A stretch of DNA of 63,930 bases, filler included, from an uncultured Myxococcia bacterium (GTDB lineage Bacteria > CAZTWC01): assembly GCA_964617105.1 (NCBI GenBank). It is 5 parts of 5 records of this genome, joined end to end, with 100 filler letters (N's around TTAATTAATTAA, not from the genome) between each part and the next. Parts side by side here need not be neighbours in the genome. Positions count along the whole stretch, not along the records: positions 1 to 13,065 come from CAZTWC010000085.1; positions 13,166 to 26,189 come from CAZTWC010000086.1; 3 more parts are not named here. One strand, written 5' to 3'. Position 1 is the stretch's first letter. Every line of letters starts with the position of its first letter. Of this stretch, positions 8,872 to 18,579 are shown in pieces. Under the pieces are notes generated by a model. That model had not been told where the DNA came from. It saw only the letters and a list, made by a program, of their open reading frames with translations, and did no database searches. The position numbers were made by a program, and so were the translations under genes.

Positions 8872-10839
8872 ATGGCCATTACTATCCTCGTTGTTGATGA
8901 CGACAAAGATGTTCAGGCGCTTTTCAGCACCTATTTGCAAAAAGAAGGTTTTAGCATACGTTTAGAAAAAGATGCCCAAACCTCCCTGAAAGTATTGGAA
9001 AAAGGAGATGTTGACCTGGTAATACTGGATGTTTTGATTCCAGGTATGAATGGCTTTAAGTTATTGGCCCAGATACGGGAGATGCCTAAATTTAATAATC
9101 TTCCGGTAATTATGATTAGCGGTATTTACCGGGGAAAAAATCATCGTAAAGAAGCGTTGGATAAGTACGGTGCTCTGGAATACTTCGACAAACCACTGGA
9201 TATGAAAGCGGTAATTGCTTGCCTGAAAAAACATTTGGGCCATCGTTATCCGGAACCGTTTACTGAAGATCGGCAAACCATGGGAACTGCAGATAACAGC
9301 AACCCGTTGGCAGATCGGGATAGCCGTCAGGAGCAGAAAGATGTAGAACACCAGTCAATGTCGGAATTCACTGGCGCTGTAATAGTAAAAGGAAATTTAC
9401 AAAAAACTCCTTTTGCCAGGATTTTAGCCCATCTCTACCGCTGGAAGAGTTCCGGTGGGCTGTTGATAAAGAGTGGCGGAATAAAGAAAATTGTCTATTT
9501 TAACCTGGGTTATCCTATTTTTATCAAGAGTAATCATTTAGACGAATGCCTGGGTAACCTTTTGGTGAAGGAGAGGATGATTACCGAACAGGAATTGATC
9601 CAATCGGTAAAAATTATGAAGAAATCTCACCGCCAATTGGGAACTATTTTGATCGAAATGGGTAGTATTTCACCCCATAACCTAATCTATTCACTGGAAA
9701 AGCAGTTGAAAATAAAACTTTTCAATATTTTTTCCATGTCAAAAGGTGTGTACCAGTTCAACCCCAATTTGGATCACCCTCCGGCAACAATTCATTTAAA
9801 TATGGCTCCTGCAGCCATAATCTATGAAGGGATCAAAAAGGGATTCACTCTGGAACGGGTGAATAATCTTTACCAGAAGATCAAGGATAAAACCTATATT
9901 ATAAACTCAGATCCGGTTTTTAGGTATCAGGATATGGTAATTACGCCCCAGGAACAACAACTGATCACTAATTTTGACGGTAACCGTACCATGGAGGAGT
10001 TAGTAAGCGGGTCATCCCTGGAAAAGGAAAATACCTACCAATTATTGGCAGCCTTGTATTATTCTGAAATTATTGAAGACAAGGCACTTTTAGATGATAT
10101 ATTGGATATTGAAGAAATTGAAGATTATGAAGATTCCTTTGACCAGCCGGAAGAAGTTGAACAAGAACAGGAATTGGATGAACTGGCGAAAAAAATGCAG
10201 CAGTATAACTATTTTCAGATCCTCAATATCCCTAAAGATGCTGATAACGATAAAATCAGAAAGGCCTATTTTAACCTGGCTAAAATCTACCACCCTGACC
10301 GGCATTATGCCAGGGCTTCCTGGAAGGTAAAGGAGTTGATAAGCGTTATTTTCAACAAAATAACCGAAGCTTATGAAACCCTGATTAATCCAGAAGAGAA
10401 AGCCAAATATCAAAGTGAGTTGAACACCGGTGGAGAAAAACAAATTCCCGTGAAGGTGCAAAGAATCCTGGAGGCTGAATCTCATTTTAAAAAAGGGGAG
10501 GGATTTTTACTGGAGTGCAACTATAAGGCCGCAGCCTCCCAATTTGAGAAGGCCATTTCCCTTTACAAAGAAGAAGGCGAATTTTATGCCTACTTAGGTT
10601 GGTCGATATTTCAGTCTGATACAGAATCGGAAAGAAATATAAAGAAATCTAAAGATCTGTTGAATAAAAGTATAAAATTGAGCCCCAAAGTTGATAAATC
10701 CTACCTGTTTTTAGGATTTATCTATAAATCTGAAAGTCAGCCGGAGTTGGCGGAGAAAAATTTTGAAAAAGTCTTACAGTGTAATCCCGACTGTCAAGAA
10801 GCGTTGCAAGAGTTGAAAATAACCCATCAAAATCAATAA
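8872..10839 (+). CDS. Response regulator: REC + DUF4388/MshEN-like + DnaJ + TPR domains
   Basis: ILVVDDD...LDVLIPGMNG...KP receiver; GNLQKTPFARIL; NYFQILNI...YHPD J-domain; C-terminal TPRs. ATG 8872 preferred over TTG 8839. Confidence 0.88.
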   Translation: MAITILVVDDDKDVQALFSTYLQKEGFSIRLEKDAQTSLKVLEKGDVDLVILDVLIPGMNGFKLLAQIREMPKFNNLPVIMISGIYRGKNHRKEALDKYGALEYFDKPLDMKAVIACLKKHLGHRYPEPFTEDRQTMGTADNSNPLADRDSRQEQKDVEHQSMSEFTGAVIVKGNLQKTPFARILAHLYRWKSSGGLLIKSGGIKKIVYFNLGYPIFIKSNHLDECLGNLLVKERMITEQELIQSVKIMKKSHRQLGTILIEMGSISPHNLIYSLEKQLKIKLFNIFSMSKGVYQFNPNLDHPPATIHLNMAPAAIIYEGIKKGFTLERVNNLYQKIKDKTYIINSDPVFRYQDMVITPQEQQLITNFDGNRTMEELVSGSSLEKENTYQLLAALYYSEIIEDKALLDDILDIEEIEDYEDSFDQPEEVEQEQELDELAKKMQQYNYFQILNIPKDADNDKIRKAYFNLAKIYHPDRHYARASWKVKELISVIFNKITEAYETLINPEEKAKYQSELNTGGEKQIPVKVQRILEAESHFKKGEGFLLECNYKAAASQFEKAISLYKEEGEFYAYLGWSIFQSDTESERNIKKSKDLLNKSIKLSPKVDKSYLFLGFIYKSESQPELAEKNFEKVLQCNPDCQEALQELKITHQNQ

Positions 10840-10854
10840 AGGCAAGGTTGTAAA

Positions 10855-11772
10855 ATGGTTCAAAAAGTAAATAAAATTTGGTTGGACGGCAAATATATTC
10901 CCTGGGATCAGGCTCAGGTGCATATTCTAACCCATACTTTGCATTATGGTTTAGGATGTTTTGAGGGGATAAGGTGTTATCTTTGCCAGGACGGCGGTTC
11001 GGCAATTTTTCGTCTTAAGGAGCACGTAGATCGTCTGTTTAACTCCGCTCATGTGATTTTATTGGATCTCCCTTTTTCCAGGGAGGAGATCACCGAGGTT
11101 TGCCAAGAGATATTACGAATTAACCAGTTAAAAGAAGGGTATATCAGACCTTTGGTATTTATGGGCGATGGCGCTATGGGACTGGCAGCCCAAAATAATA
11201 CTCGGGTTGCGGTGGCGGCCTGGACCTGGGGTGCTTATCTGGGCGAAGAGGGTTTAAAAAAGGGGATCAGGGCCAAGATATCTTCTTTTACCCGTCACCA
11301 TGTGAATGCCGGCATGGTCAAAGCAAAATTGTGCGGTCAATATGTGAACTCCATTATGGCCAAGCGGGAAGCAATGATTGCCGGATACGATGAGGCTATT
11401 ATGCTGGATGCCCAGGGTAAGGTGGCTGAAGCATCTGGCGAAAATATTTTTATAGTTAAAGACAATATAATAAAAACCCCACCCACAAGTATTTCGCTTT
11501 TACCGGGTATAACCCGTGATTCAGCCATAACCATTGCCCGGAATCTTGACTATCAGATTAGCGAAGAGGGTATTACCAGGGACGAACTCTATATTGCCGA
11601 TGAAGTGTTTATGACCGGCACAGCCGCGGAAATTACTCCGGTAAGAGAGGTAGATGACCGAAAAATCGGAAAAGGTAAGCCCGGACCGGTAACAAATACG
11701 ATTCAGGATACTTTCTTCAAAGCGGTAAAAGGCCAGACCGAGAAATATAGACACTGGTTAACCTATCTCTAG
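10855..11772 (+). CDS. ilvE: Branched-chain amino acid aminotransferase
   Basis: [44 protein letters not shown]. Confidence 0.97.
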   Translation: MVQKVNKIWLDGKYIPWDQAQVHILTHTLHYGLGCFEGIRCYLCQDGGSAIFRLKEHVDRLFNSAHVILLDLPFSREEITEVCQEILRINQLKEGYIRPLVFMGDGAMGLAAQNNTRVAVAAWTWGAYLGEEGLKKGIRAKISSFTRHHVNAGMVKAKLCGQYVNSIMAKREAMIAGYDEAIMLDAQGKVAEASGENIFIVKDNIIKTPPTSISLLPGITRDSAITIARNLDYQISEEGITRDELYIADEVFMTGTAAEITPVREVDDRKIGKGKPGPVTNTIQDTFFKAVKGQTEKYRHWLTYL

Positions 11773-11865
11773 TACCCACTTTCCAGCAAAATATTCTCTA
11801 CAATATTGATTTTAAGTGAGCCCTTAGGTTAGATATCATTAACTTTAATCAAAAGAGAGAAGGCT

Positions 11866-12288
11866 ATTATCTACAAAATACTCTCCCACACCTCTGATAT
11901 CGGTATCCAGGTAAAGTCTGGTTCTCTTGAAGAAACGCTGGCCAACTCTTTGCTCTCAATGGCCGATCTGATGGCAGATATCAGTCTAATTGAACCAGTC
12001 CATGCCCGCTCTTTTCAGGTGACTGGAGTTGACCTGGATCAATTGACCATAAGTATGTTGTCAGAGGTGCTTTTTTTTATGGCAGCAAAGAATTTTTTTC
12101 CCTGCCAGGCCCAGGTAACGCCAATAAATATAAAAGAAGATAAAAAGCAGTTACAGGTGGAGATACAGGGTGACTTCTTGAGTGATAAAATTGAAAAACA
12201 TCGGGAGATAAAGGCAGTTACCTTCCACCAGTTCAAGATATGGCAGCAAGAAGATGAATTCTTCCTACAAGTTTATTTTGATGTTTAG
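11866..12288 (+). CDS. Archease (RtcB cofactor), apparent non-canonical start
   Basis: YKILSHTSDIG N-terminal motif lies upstream of the ORF-track start; C-terminal EIKAVTFH...YFDV; directly upstream of rtcB. Confidence 0.88.
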   Translation: MIYKILSHTSDIGIQVKSGSLEETLANSLLSMADLMADISLIEPVHARSFQVTGVDLDQLTISMLSEVLFFMAAKNFFPCQAQVTPINIKEDKKQLQVEIQGDFLSDKIEKHREIKAVTFHQFKIWQQEDEFFLQVYFDV

Positions 12289-12308
12289 GGCTCGCTTAAT
12301 ACCGAAAT

Positions 12309-13065
12309 ATGACTATTAAATTGAAGAAAATAGATGACTTTCGTTGGCTGATCCCAATCTCTGGGAATATGAATACCGAAGGACTTATTTATTGCTCTGA
12401 AGATATGGTTTCCCGCATTATTGCCGACAATAGTCTCCTGCAGGTGTCAAANNNNNNNNNNGTTACCAGGGATTGTCGGACGCGCCCTGGCTATGCCGGA
12501 TATTCATTGGGGTTACGGATTTCCCATTGGCGGAGTAGCGGCTTTTGATTTGGAGCAGGGAGTTATTTCGCCGGGCGGAGTGGGTTATGATATCAATTGC
12601 GGAGTCAGATTGATGACCCTGGCCCTGGGACGGGAAGAGGTCACCTGCCGTTTGAATGAATTGCTCAATATTATTTTTAAACAGGTTCCCTGCGGTTTGG
12701 GTTCAAAGAGACAAGATTTTAAATTGACCAACAAGCAGTTGGATCAGGTTTTATTAAAAGGCGCCAGGTGGGCAGTAAAACAGGGTTTTGGGCAAAAAGA
12801 GGATCTGCAGTTCATAGAGGAGATGGGGGAGATGAAAGAGGCAGATCCCTCTTTGGTTAGTGAAAAGGCCAAACTTAGAGGACTAAAGCAGTTTGGAACC
12901 TTGGGTTCCGGTAACCACTTTATTGAAATAGGCTGGGTAGAGGAGATCTATGATAAACAGGCAGCCTCAGATTTCGGCCTGGCAAAAGATCAGGTGACCA
13001 TCACAGTGCATACCGGTTCAAGAGGTTTGGGTTATCAGGTATGCGATGATTTTTTACATTCTATG
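12309..13065 (+). CDS. rtcB: RtcB-family RNA ligase, 3' truncated at contig end (10-N gap at 12452-12461)
   Basis: MPDIHWGYGFPIGGV, GVGYDINCGVR, GTLGSGNHFIE, HTGSRGLG. Confidence 0.95.
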
Positions 13066-13165
13066 NNNNNNNNNNNNNNNNNNNNNNNNNNNNNNNNNNN
13101 NNNNNNNNNTTAATTAATTAANNNNNNNNNNNNNNNNNNNNNNNNNNNNNNNNNNNNNNNNNNNN
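13066..13165. other. Artificial contig linker (44 N + TTAATTAATTAA + 44 N)
   Basis: Identical 100-nt spacer with six-frame stops occurs four times; genes are cut at it. Confidence 0.98.
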
Positions 13166-13257
13166 TTTTATATTGGCAATGATCACATAAAAGTAGAAGA
13201 TAAGAAAATCCGTATCCCCAGAACGGTTATTAGGAGTCTATTTAAACTTTGACGTTA

Positions 13258-15213
13258 TCACTTCATCAACTTATCGAGTTCTTCCACCAACTCACCATAC
13301 AGGTCTATACATGATTCAATGGGCTCTGGTTTTGACATATCCACTCCCGCCATTTTCAACACATCAATGGGATAGACGGAACTTCCGGCAGATAAAAAGG
13401 CCAAATAGTTTTTCAAAGCGCCCTTTTCACCTTTTCGCACCTTTTGGGAAAGAGCCATGGAGGCCGCATAAGAAGTGGCATATTTATATACGTAATGGTT
13501 GCGGTAAAAGTGGGGGATTCGCATCCAGGTGTAATCATATTCTGAATCTATGGTAATGGCATCGCCATAGTATTCAGTTAGTATTTTATTGTACAATTTT
13601 GCCAGAGAATCAGCGGTTAATGGCTGCCCCTTTTCCGCCATCTGGTGAGCGCGCAATTCAAAATCAGCGAACATGGTCTGGATAAAAAATGTTCCGTTGA
13701 TATCCTCTATCCACTGAGCGAGAAGATATTTTTTCATATTTTTGCTCTGTTTCTTACCAAGTAAATGATGGGTCAACAAAGCCTCGTTGAAAGTTGAGGC
13801 CACTTCAGCTACAAACAGACTGTACTCGCCATATAGAAAAGGCTGATTTTTATAGGTATAGAAGGAGTGCATTAGGTGCCCCATCTCGTGGGCCACAGTA
13901 AAGGCATTGTTGAGAGTATCATTATAGTTTAGCAGTACATAAGGATGGACAGAATAGGTTCCCCAGGAATAAGCCCCACCCCGCTTGCCGCGATTCTCAT
14001 AAACATCTATCCAACCGGAATTAAAAGCCTTGGTGATATCTTTTACATACTGTTCACCCATGGGGGCAATGGCATCTATCACCATCTGTTTGGCTTTTTC
14101 ATAGGACACCTCTTTACTAACCCCTTTGATTATAGGGGCGGTAATATCGTAAAGGTGCATCTCTTTAAGTCCCATGGCTTTGCCCTTGAGTTTTATGTAG
14201 CGGCGTAAATGTTTTACCCCTTTGGCCTTAACGGTTTTAATCAGGTTTTTATAAACCTCTACCGATATATTATCCGCATCCAGTGTGGCCTCCAGGCTGG
14301 TTTTGTAATTCCTGGCCCTGGAGTAGAAAACATCCCTGTTAACCTGAGCGCTGTAGTTGGCAGCCAGAGTATTTTTATACTTAATCCAGGCATCATAAAA
14401 ACCCTTGAAAGCATCACGACGCAGACGGCGATTTTCTGATTTCATATATTTATAATAGCGTCCTTGAGTCAATTCCACCTGTTTGCCGTCTGGACCCTTG
14501 ATGTAGGGATATTTTAAATCTGCATTGGCAAACATACTAAACACCGAAACCGGCCCCTGGGCCATATCGCCCGACATGGCCAAAAGTTTCTCTTGCTCAG
14601 AAGGCAAAGTATGCATCTGCTGACGATAAATGTTGCCCAGATAATGGCGATAAGATGCCATCTGCTTATCATCTTTCATCCAAGTTTCCAGTTTTTTCCA
14701 GCCTATTTGCAAAATCTCAGGCTCCACCCAGGCAAAGGCTGATTTTACGCGGGTTTCCAACTTATTCACCCGATCTACCAGAGCCTGAGCTTTGTCATTC
14801 CGGGTATCTTCATGCTTCCACATGTGAGCATAGGCTAAAAGTTTATCAAAAATCATCAGGACATCATTGCGCAACTCCATAAACTCTTTAAAGGTACCTG
14901 CCGAACTGGCCAACTTACCCTGGTATCCGGATATTTTTTTAAATTGCCCCTCCACTTTGGTGAAATCCTTATTCCAGGCTTCATTGCTGGGGTAAATATC
15001 GGTTAAATTCCATTTATATTTAGCATGAATATCCTTTCTCTCCGGAGAGGCGCCTTCTGCACCCGCTTTTTTGGCAGCAGCCTCCAATTGCGGCCGCTCA
15101 GAGTTTAAATTGTCAATTTGTCCGGCATCAACACCCGGCACATTGACTAGAAGAAAAATTAGAGCCAGACAAAAAACCGAAGCGATTTTGGTAGTTGTTG
15201 TTCGTAAAAGCAT
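13258..15213 (-). CDS. pepF: Oligoendopeptidase F (M3B) with signal peptide
   Basis: KWNLTDIY, WIDVYENRGKRGGAYS, HEMGH, WMRIPHFY; ATG 15213 has AAGGAG RBS and a signal peptide ending VDA. Confidence 0.95.
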   Translation of the reverse strand: MLLRTTTTKIASVFCLALIFLLVNVPGVDAGQIDNLNSERPQLEAAAKKAGAEGASPERKDIHAKYKWNLTDIYPSNEAWNKDFTKVEGQFKKISGYQGKLASSAGTFKEFMELRNDVLMIFDKLLAYAHMWKHEDTRNDKAQALVDRVNKLETRVKSAFAWVEPEILQIGWKKLETWMKDDKQMASYRHYLGNIYRQQMHTLPSEQEKLLAMSGDMAQGPVSVFSMFANADLKYPYIKGPDGKQVELTQGRYYKYMKSENRRLRRDAFKGFYDAWIKYKNTLAANYSAQVNRDVFYSRARNYKTSLEATLDADNISVEVYKNLIKTVKAKGVKHLRRYIKLKGKAMGLKEMHLYDITAPIIKGVSKEVSYEKAKQMVIDAIAPMGEQYVKDITKAFNSGWIDVYENRGKRGGAYSWGTYSVHPYVLLNYNDTLNNAFTVAHEMGHLMHSFYTYKNQPFLYGEYSLFVAEVASTFNEALLTHHLLGKKQSKNMKKYLLAQWIEDINGTFFIQTMFADFELRAHQMAEKGQPLTADSLAKLYNKILTEYYGDAITIDSEYDYTWMRIPHFYRNHYVYKYATSYAASMALSQKVRKGEKGALKNYLAFLSAGSSVYPIDVLKMAGVDMSKPEPIESCIDLYGELVEELDKLMK

Positions 15214-15242
15214 TAGTTTCTCCTTTTTATTAAATATGGGTA

Positions 15243-16950
15243 CTACCAACTCTTCTGCTGGTAATACTTATCGGTTTCTCTCTTTACCCGTCTGGTCAAC
15301 AAGTTGACTGCTATCAGGTTTGGTATTGTCATTATTCCCAGAGCCACATCCCCAAATCCCCAAACCAACTCCAGAGAAAATATCGCCCCCAGGAAATTCA
15401 TCCCCATATATACAAATTTATAAGGTAATATAGCCCAATTTCCCCACAAATATTGGGTAGCCCGATCGCCATAGTAACTCCAACTGATAGCTGTGGAAAT
15501 GGCAAATAGAAAAACAGAAATAGTAACCAAAAAACTGCCGATAACGTTGGAACCTAAAAATGCCAATCCCTTATTAAAAGCACTGGTAGTAAGAGGTGAG
15601 CCGTTTTGAATCGCCCGGCCCTTAATCCAGAAAGAAGCCACCTCTCCATTGCTCTCCTTTATCCGATTTAGTTTATCAACATCAAATTTACCACTAAAAA
15701 GACTATCGTTTTTATAAAAACGGGGCTCCTCAATGGTGGCATGGTTGTATATCAACACCACATTCTGAGGTATCCCATCTTTTATTTCCAGGGGTCCCTG
15801 GTATAGCAGTTTGTCCGGAACCTCCTGAATACGTGGTAAATCCAGGCTCTGGTCAGGTTTGGCAACAGTGATGGAGGCTTTAACACCGTATTGAATTTGA
15901 TCCTCAAATTTTTCCTGGTACGCTCCGGTGGTGATAATAATCAAACCAGTGATAGTACAGATAGTCAAGGTGTCGATAAAAGGACCCAAAAGCGCTACCG
16001 GCATATCGGTTTTAGCCGCAGAGTGGGCAATAGGAGCCGATCCCTGGCCCGCTTCATTAGAAAATAATCCCCGCTTTACTCCCCAAACCATGGTGTTTAA
16101 GAAAACGATAAAACCGCCGCCAATAATACCGGTGACTTCGGCCCGGGGTTGGAATGCTTCGCTGACAATAGTTACTAGCGCAGCCGGTAGAGCGGTAATA
16201 TTAACCACCAGCACCAGTAATCCAGCACTGACATAAAACACGGCCATCACCGGGCATAGAATACTGGTAACCTTACCTATACGTTTAATTCCGCCAATAA
16301 TCACAAATCCCACTACCACCGCCGAAAAAGCACCTGTTATTATAGTGGGAATACCCAACTGTGAGCGGAACTGGTCAGCCATGGTAAAAGCCTGCACCAT
16401 ATTACCAGACCCAAAGGAAGATACCACGGTACAAAAGCCGAACAGAATAGCCAAGGCTTTCCATTTCCCTCCCAGCCCCATTTCTATGTAATACATGGGG
16501 CCACCCGATACTGAACCATCGGGGTTAATTTTTCTATACATCTGGGCCAGAGTGCATTCGTTGTATTTTNNNNNNNNNNAAGGCCATGCCAAAAAAACCA
16601 CTCAACCACATCCAAAACAAGGCTCCGGGCCCGCCATAATGGATGGCCGTTGCCACTCCAGCAATATTCCCGATGCCAACAGTAGCTGAAAGGGCGGCGG
16701 TAAGGGCCTGAAAATGGCTGATATCTCCATCGTGCTCTGGTTTGTCATATTTTCCGCTAATCAATCCCCAACCATGCAAAAATCCGGTAATCTGGATAAA
16801 ACGCAGTCGGAAAGTAACCACAATTCCGCTACCCAGCAGTAAAATAACAATCAAAGGGATGGTATTGGGCCACCAGTTGGTGGGCCATCCCCAGACATAG
16901 GCGTTAAGCGCATCTTTGATTTGAATTAAAATTTCCAATAGAGACTCCAA
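15243..16950 (-). CDS. Sodium:alanine/glycine symporter (AGCS family), spanning 10-N gap 16570-16579
   Basis: SHFQALTAALSATVGIGNIAGVA, GGPGALFWMW, GGPMYYI, KRGLFSNEAGQGSAPIAH, PFIDT, ISWSYYG, PNLIA. Confidence 0.93.
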
Positions 16951-17050
16951 TTGTCAGTTTTTATATACCATAACAAATAGGTTTAAGTTTGCAATAGTTA
17001 AGTAGTATAACTAGAAATTGTTCCCGAAAAGAGATGTTACCACCATCCCA

Positions 17051-17093
17051 CATAATGTTATATAATGTTGATCATTGTTAAACAATGTTGATC
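17051..17093. repeat. Four 10-bp-phased (A/T)TGTT direct repeats
   Basis: CATAATGTTA TATAATGTTG ATCATTGTTA AACAATGTTG ATC. Confidence 0.55.
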
Positions 17094-17110
17094 GTGAAAA
17101 CACTAATCTT

Positions 17111-17494
17111 TTAACTGTCAAAGAGAAGGTCATTGCCATCAGGAGAAACATACAAACTTAATCCATGTGGCCTAAAATCGGGTCCGGGACCTGTGGTCAA
17201 TAACACCGGCCGAGCATCTTTCAGGTTGGTATCATAGGAAAATACTCCAGTGGCGAATCCTTCATCACCTGCCAATACAGCCCGCCTGTCATAAGCGGAA
17301 ATATAGGCAATACCCGTTTTGGAATGGATCGTAATATCTTCTGGTCCGATAACACCGGTAATTTCCCTGCAGGTCCCTTCAAAATGGGGAGCCAGGGTAT
17401 TAAACTGCCCGGCATCCCATACCAGTTTCAAAATCCAAAATCCAACAAACATTACAAAAACAATCAGAATAATAATAGATTTTTGTCGGCCCAA
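17111..17494 (-). pseudogene. Truncated arylesterase/paraoxonase-like beta-propeller protein
   Basis: N-terminal TM, C...GPEDITI...AYISAYDRR, FRPHGLSL motifs, then a stop after about 127 aa where LFVVNH would be expected; TTG 17494 follows GGAGG. Confidence 0.75.
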
Positions 17495-17879
17495 AAAGCC
17501 TCCCTGGTTTGGGGGGATATAAAATTCAAACGACATGTTCGTAATATTCTGCCATAATTTTATACCCCGGGCAACCAAAGATTCAGCGTTCAAGATATAT
17601 GTCCAATAAATGTCGGAAAAATCTAATAACTTGCTAAATTTGGGCGCAAACCTGGTGTAGTCAGGGGTAATCCGATTGCAACTCGTTGCCTAAGGAGAGT
17701 TAATGTCTAAAAACATCATAATATCCCTAAAAACAACTTGACTATTAAGGGTTTTACTGGAAATAATTTAATCAATGCTTGTTTACGGAAAAACAATTTG
17801 GTCGCTAATTGGGAAAAAACGTGGGGTTTTGGACAAAATCTATTTGCCAAGATTTTTTGCTAAGAATTTGAGTTTAAAT

Positions 17880-18401
17880 ATGCCTAAAAAATTATTTTTT
17901 ATTTTCCGGATTGCCCTGTTATTGGTTTTAATCTGCGCCTGTGGTGAGCAAAATGAGCCCACCTCTTCTGAATCCACTTATGAAAGCACCGATGCAATGG
18001 CCAGTGCTATAATTGGATATGATGGTGGTAATATTCGCGGTAAGGCCGGCACTCGACTGGCCGGTGTGTCGCTGCAGATTCCGCCGGGCGCTCTCAATGA
18101 TCCTGTGAATTTTTCGATTTACAGTGTAGCCAGAAAAGCGGAGACTCCCGAAAATATGACCCAGGTTGGACCGGAGGTTGAAATCACTCCAGCATTGCCG
18201 GAGGATGTGCACCCTCTATATAAGTTTCGTCTAACCCTCCCCTACCTGAATGTTACCACTAGCATGGCGGTATATCACATTGTTAATGGCAACTTTCAAA
18301 AACTTCCGGTGGCGGAGATATCTTCAGAAAACTCCACCATCACCACCAGCACCAAAAATACCGGCCAATTCATCGTGTTGGCTGAAAACCCAAAAAAGTA
18401 G
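17880..18401 (+). CDS. Lipoprotein with ZU5-like domain
   Basis: Lipobox ICAC; IGYDGG...VSLQIPPGAL...GPEVEITP...LTLPY ZU5-like pattern; ATG 17880 gives a normal signal peptide. Confidence 0.7.
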   Translation: MPKKLFFIFRIALLLVLICACGEQNEPTSSESTYESTDAMASAIIGYDGGNIRGKAGTRLAGVSLQIPPGALNDPVNFSIYSVARKAETPENMTQVGPEVEITPALPEDVHPLYKFRLTLPYLNVTTSMAVYHIVNGNFQKLPVAEISSENSTITTSTKNTGQFIVLAENPKK

Positions 18402-18543
18402 TTTCCACTCCCGTCCAACCACAAAAAAGAAGTAAAACTGTGGGAATCTAAAGAATTTTGATAAACATTTCGATATGTAAATTAAAGTGTCATTTTCGCA
18501 GACGCTTTAGAACACCAACTTCTATTTTACGTCGTAAATTATA

Positions 18544-18572
18544 TTGACAACTTCTAAAATACGATGTATATT
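18544..18572 (+). promoter_or_regulatory. Sigma70 promoter of a probable leaderless mRNA
   Basis: TTGACA-17 bp-TATATT, with ATG 18580 seven nt after the -10 and no Shine-Dalgarno. Confidence 0.7.
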
Positions 18573-18579
18573 TGCGGTT

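Noticed and set aside
12452..12461. Apparent frameshifts in rtcB, the AGCS symporter (16570), pseC-like gene (24445) and HD-GYP gene (61183)
   Set aside because: Each coincides with a fixed 10-N scaffold gap, so neither programmed frameshifting nor pseudogenisation is supported.
13110..13121. TTAATTAATTAA palindrome recurring every ~13 kb as a biological repeat
   Set aside because: Always centred in 44+44 N; a synthetic six-frame-stop linker.
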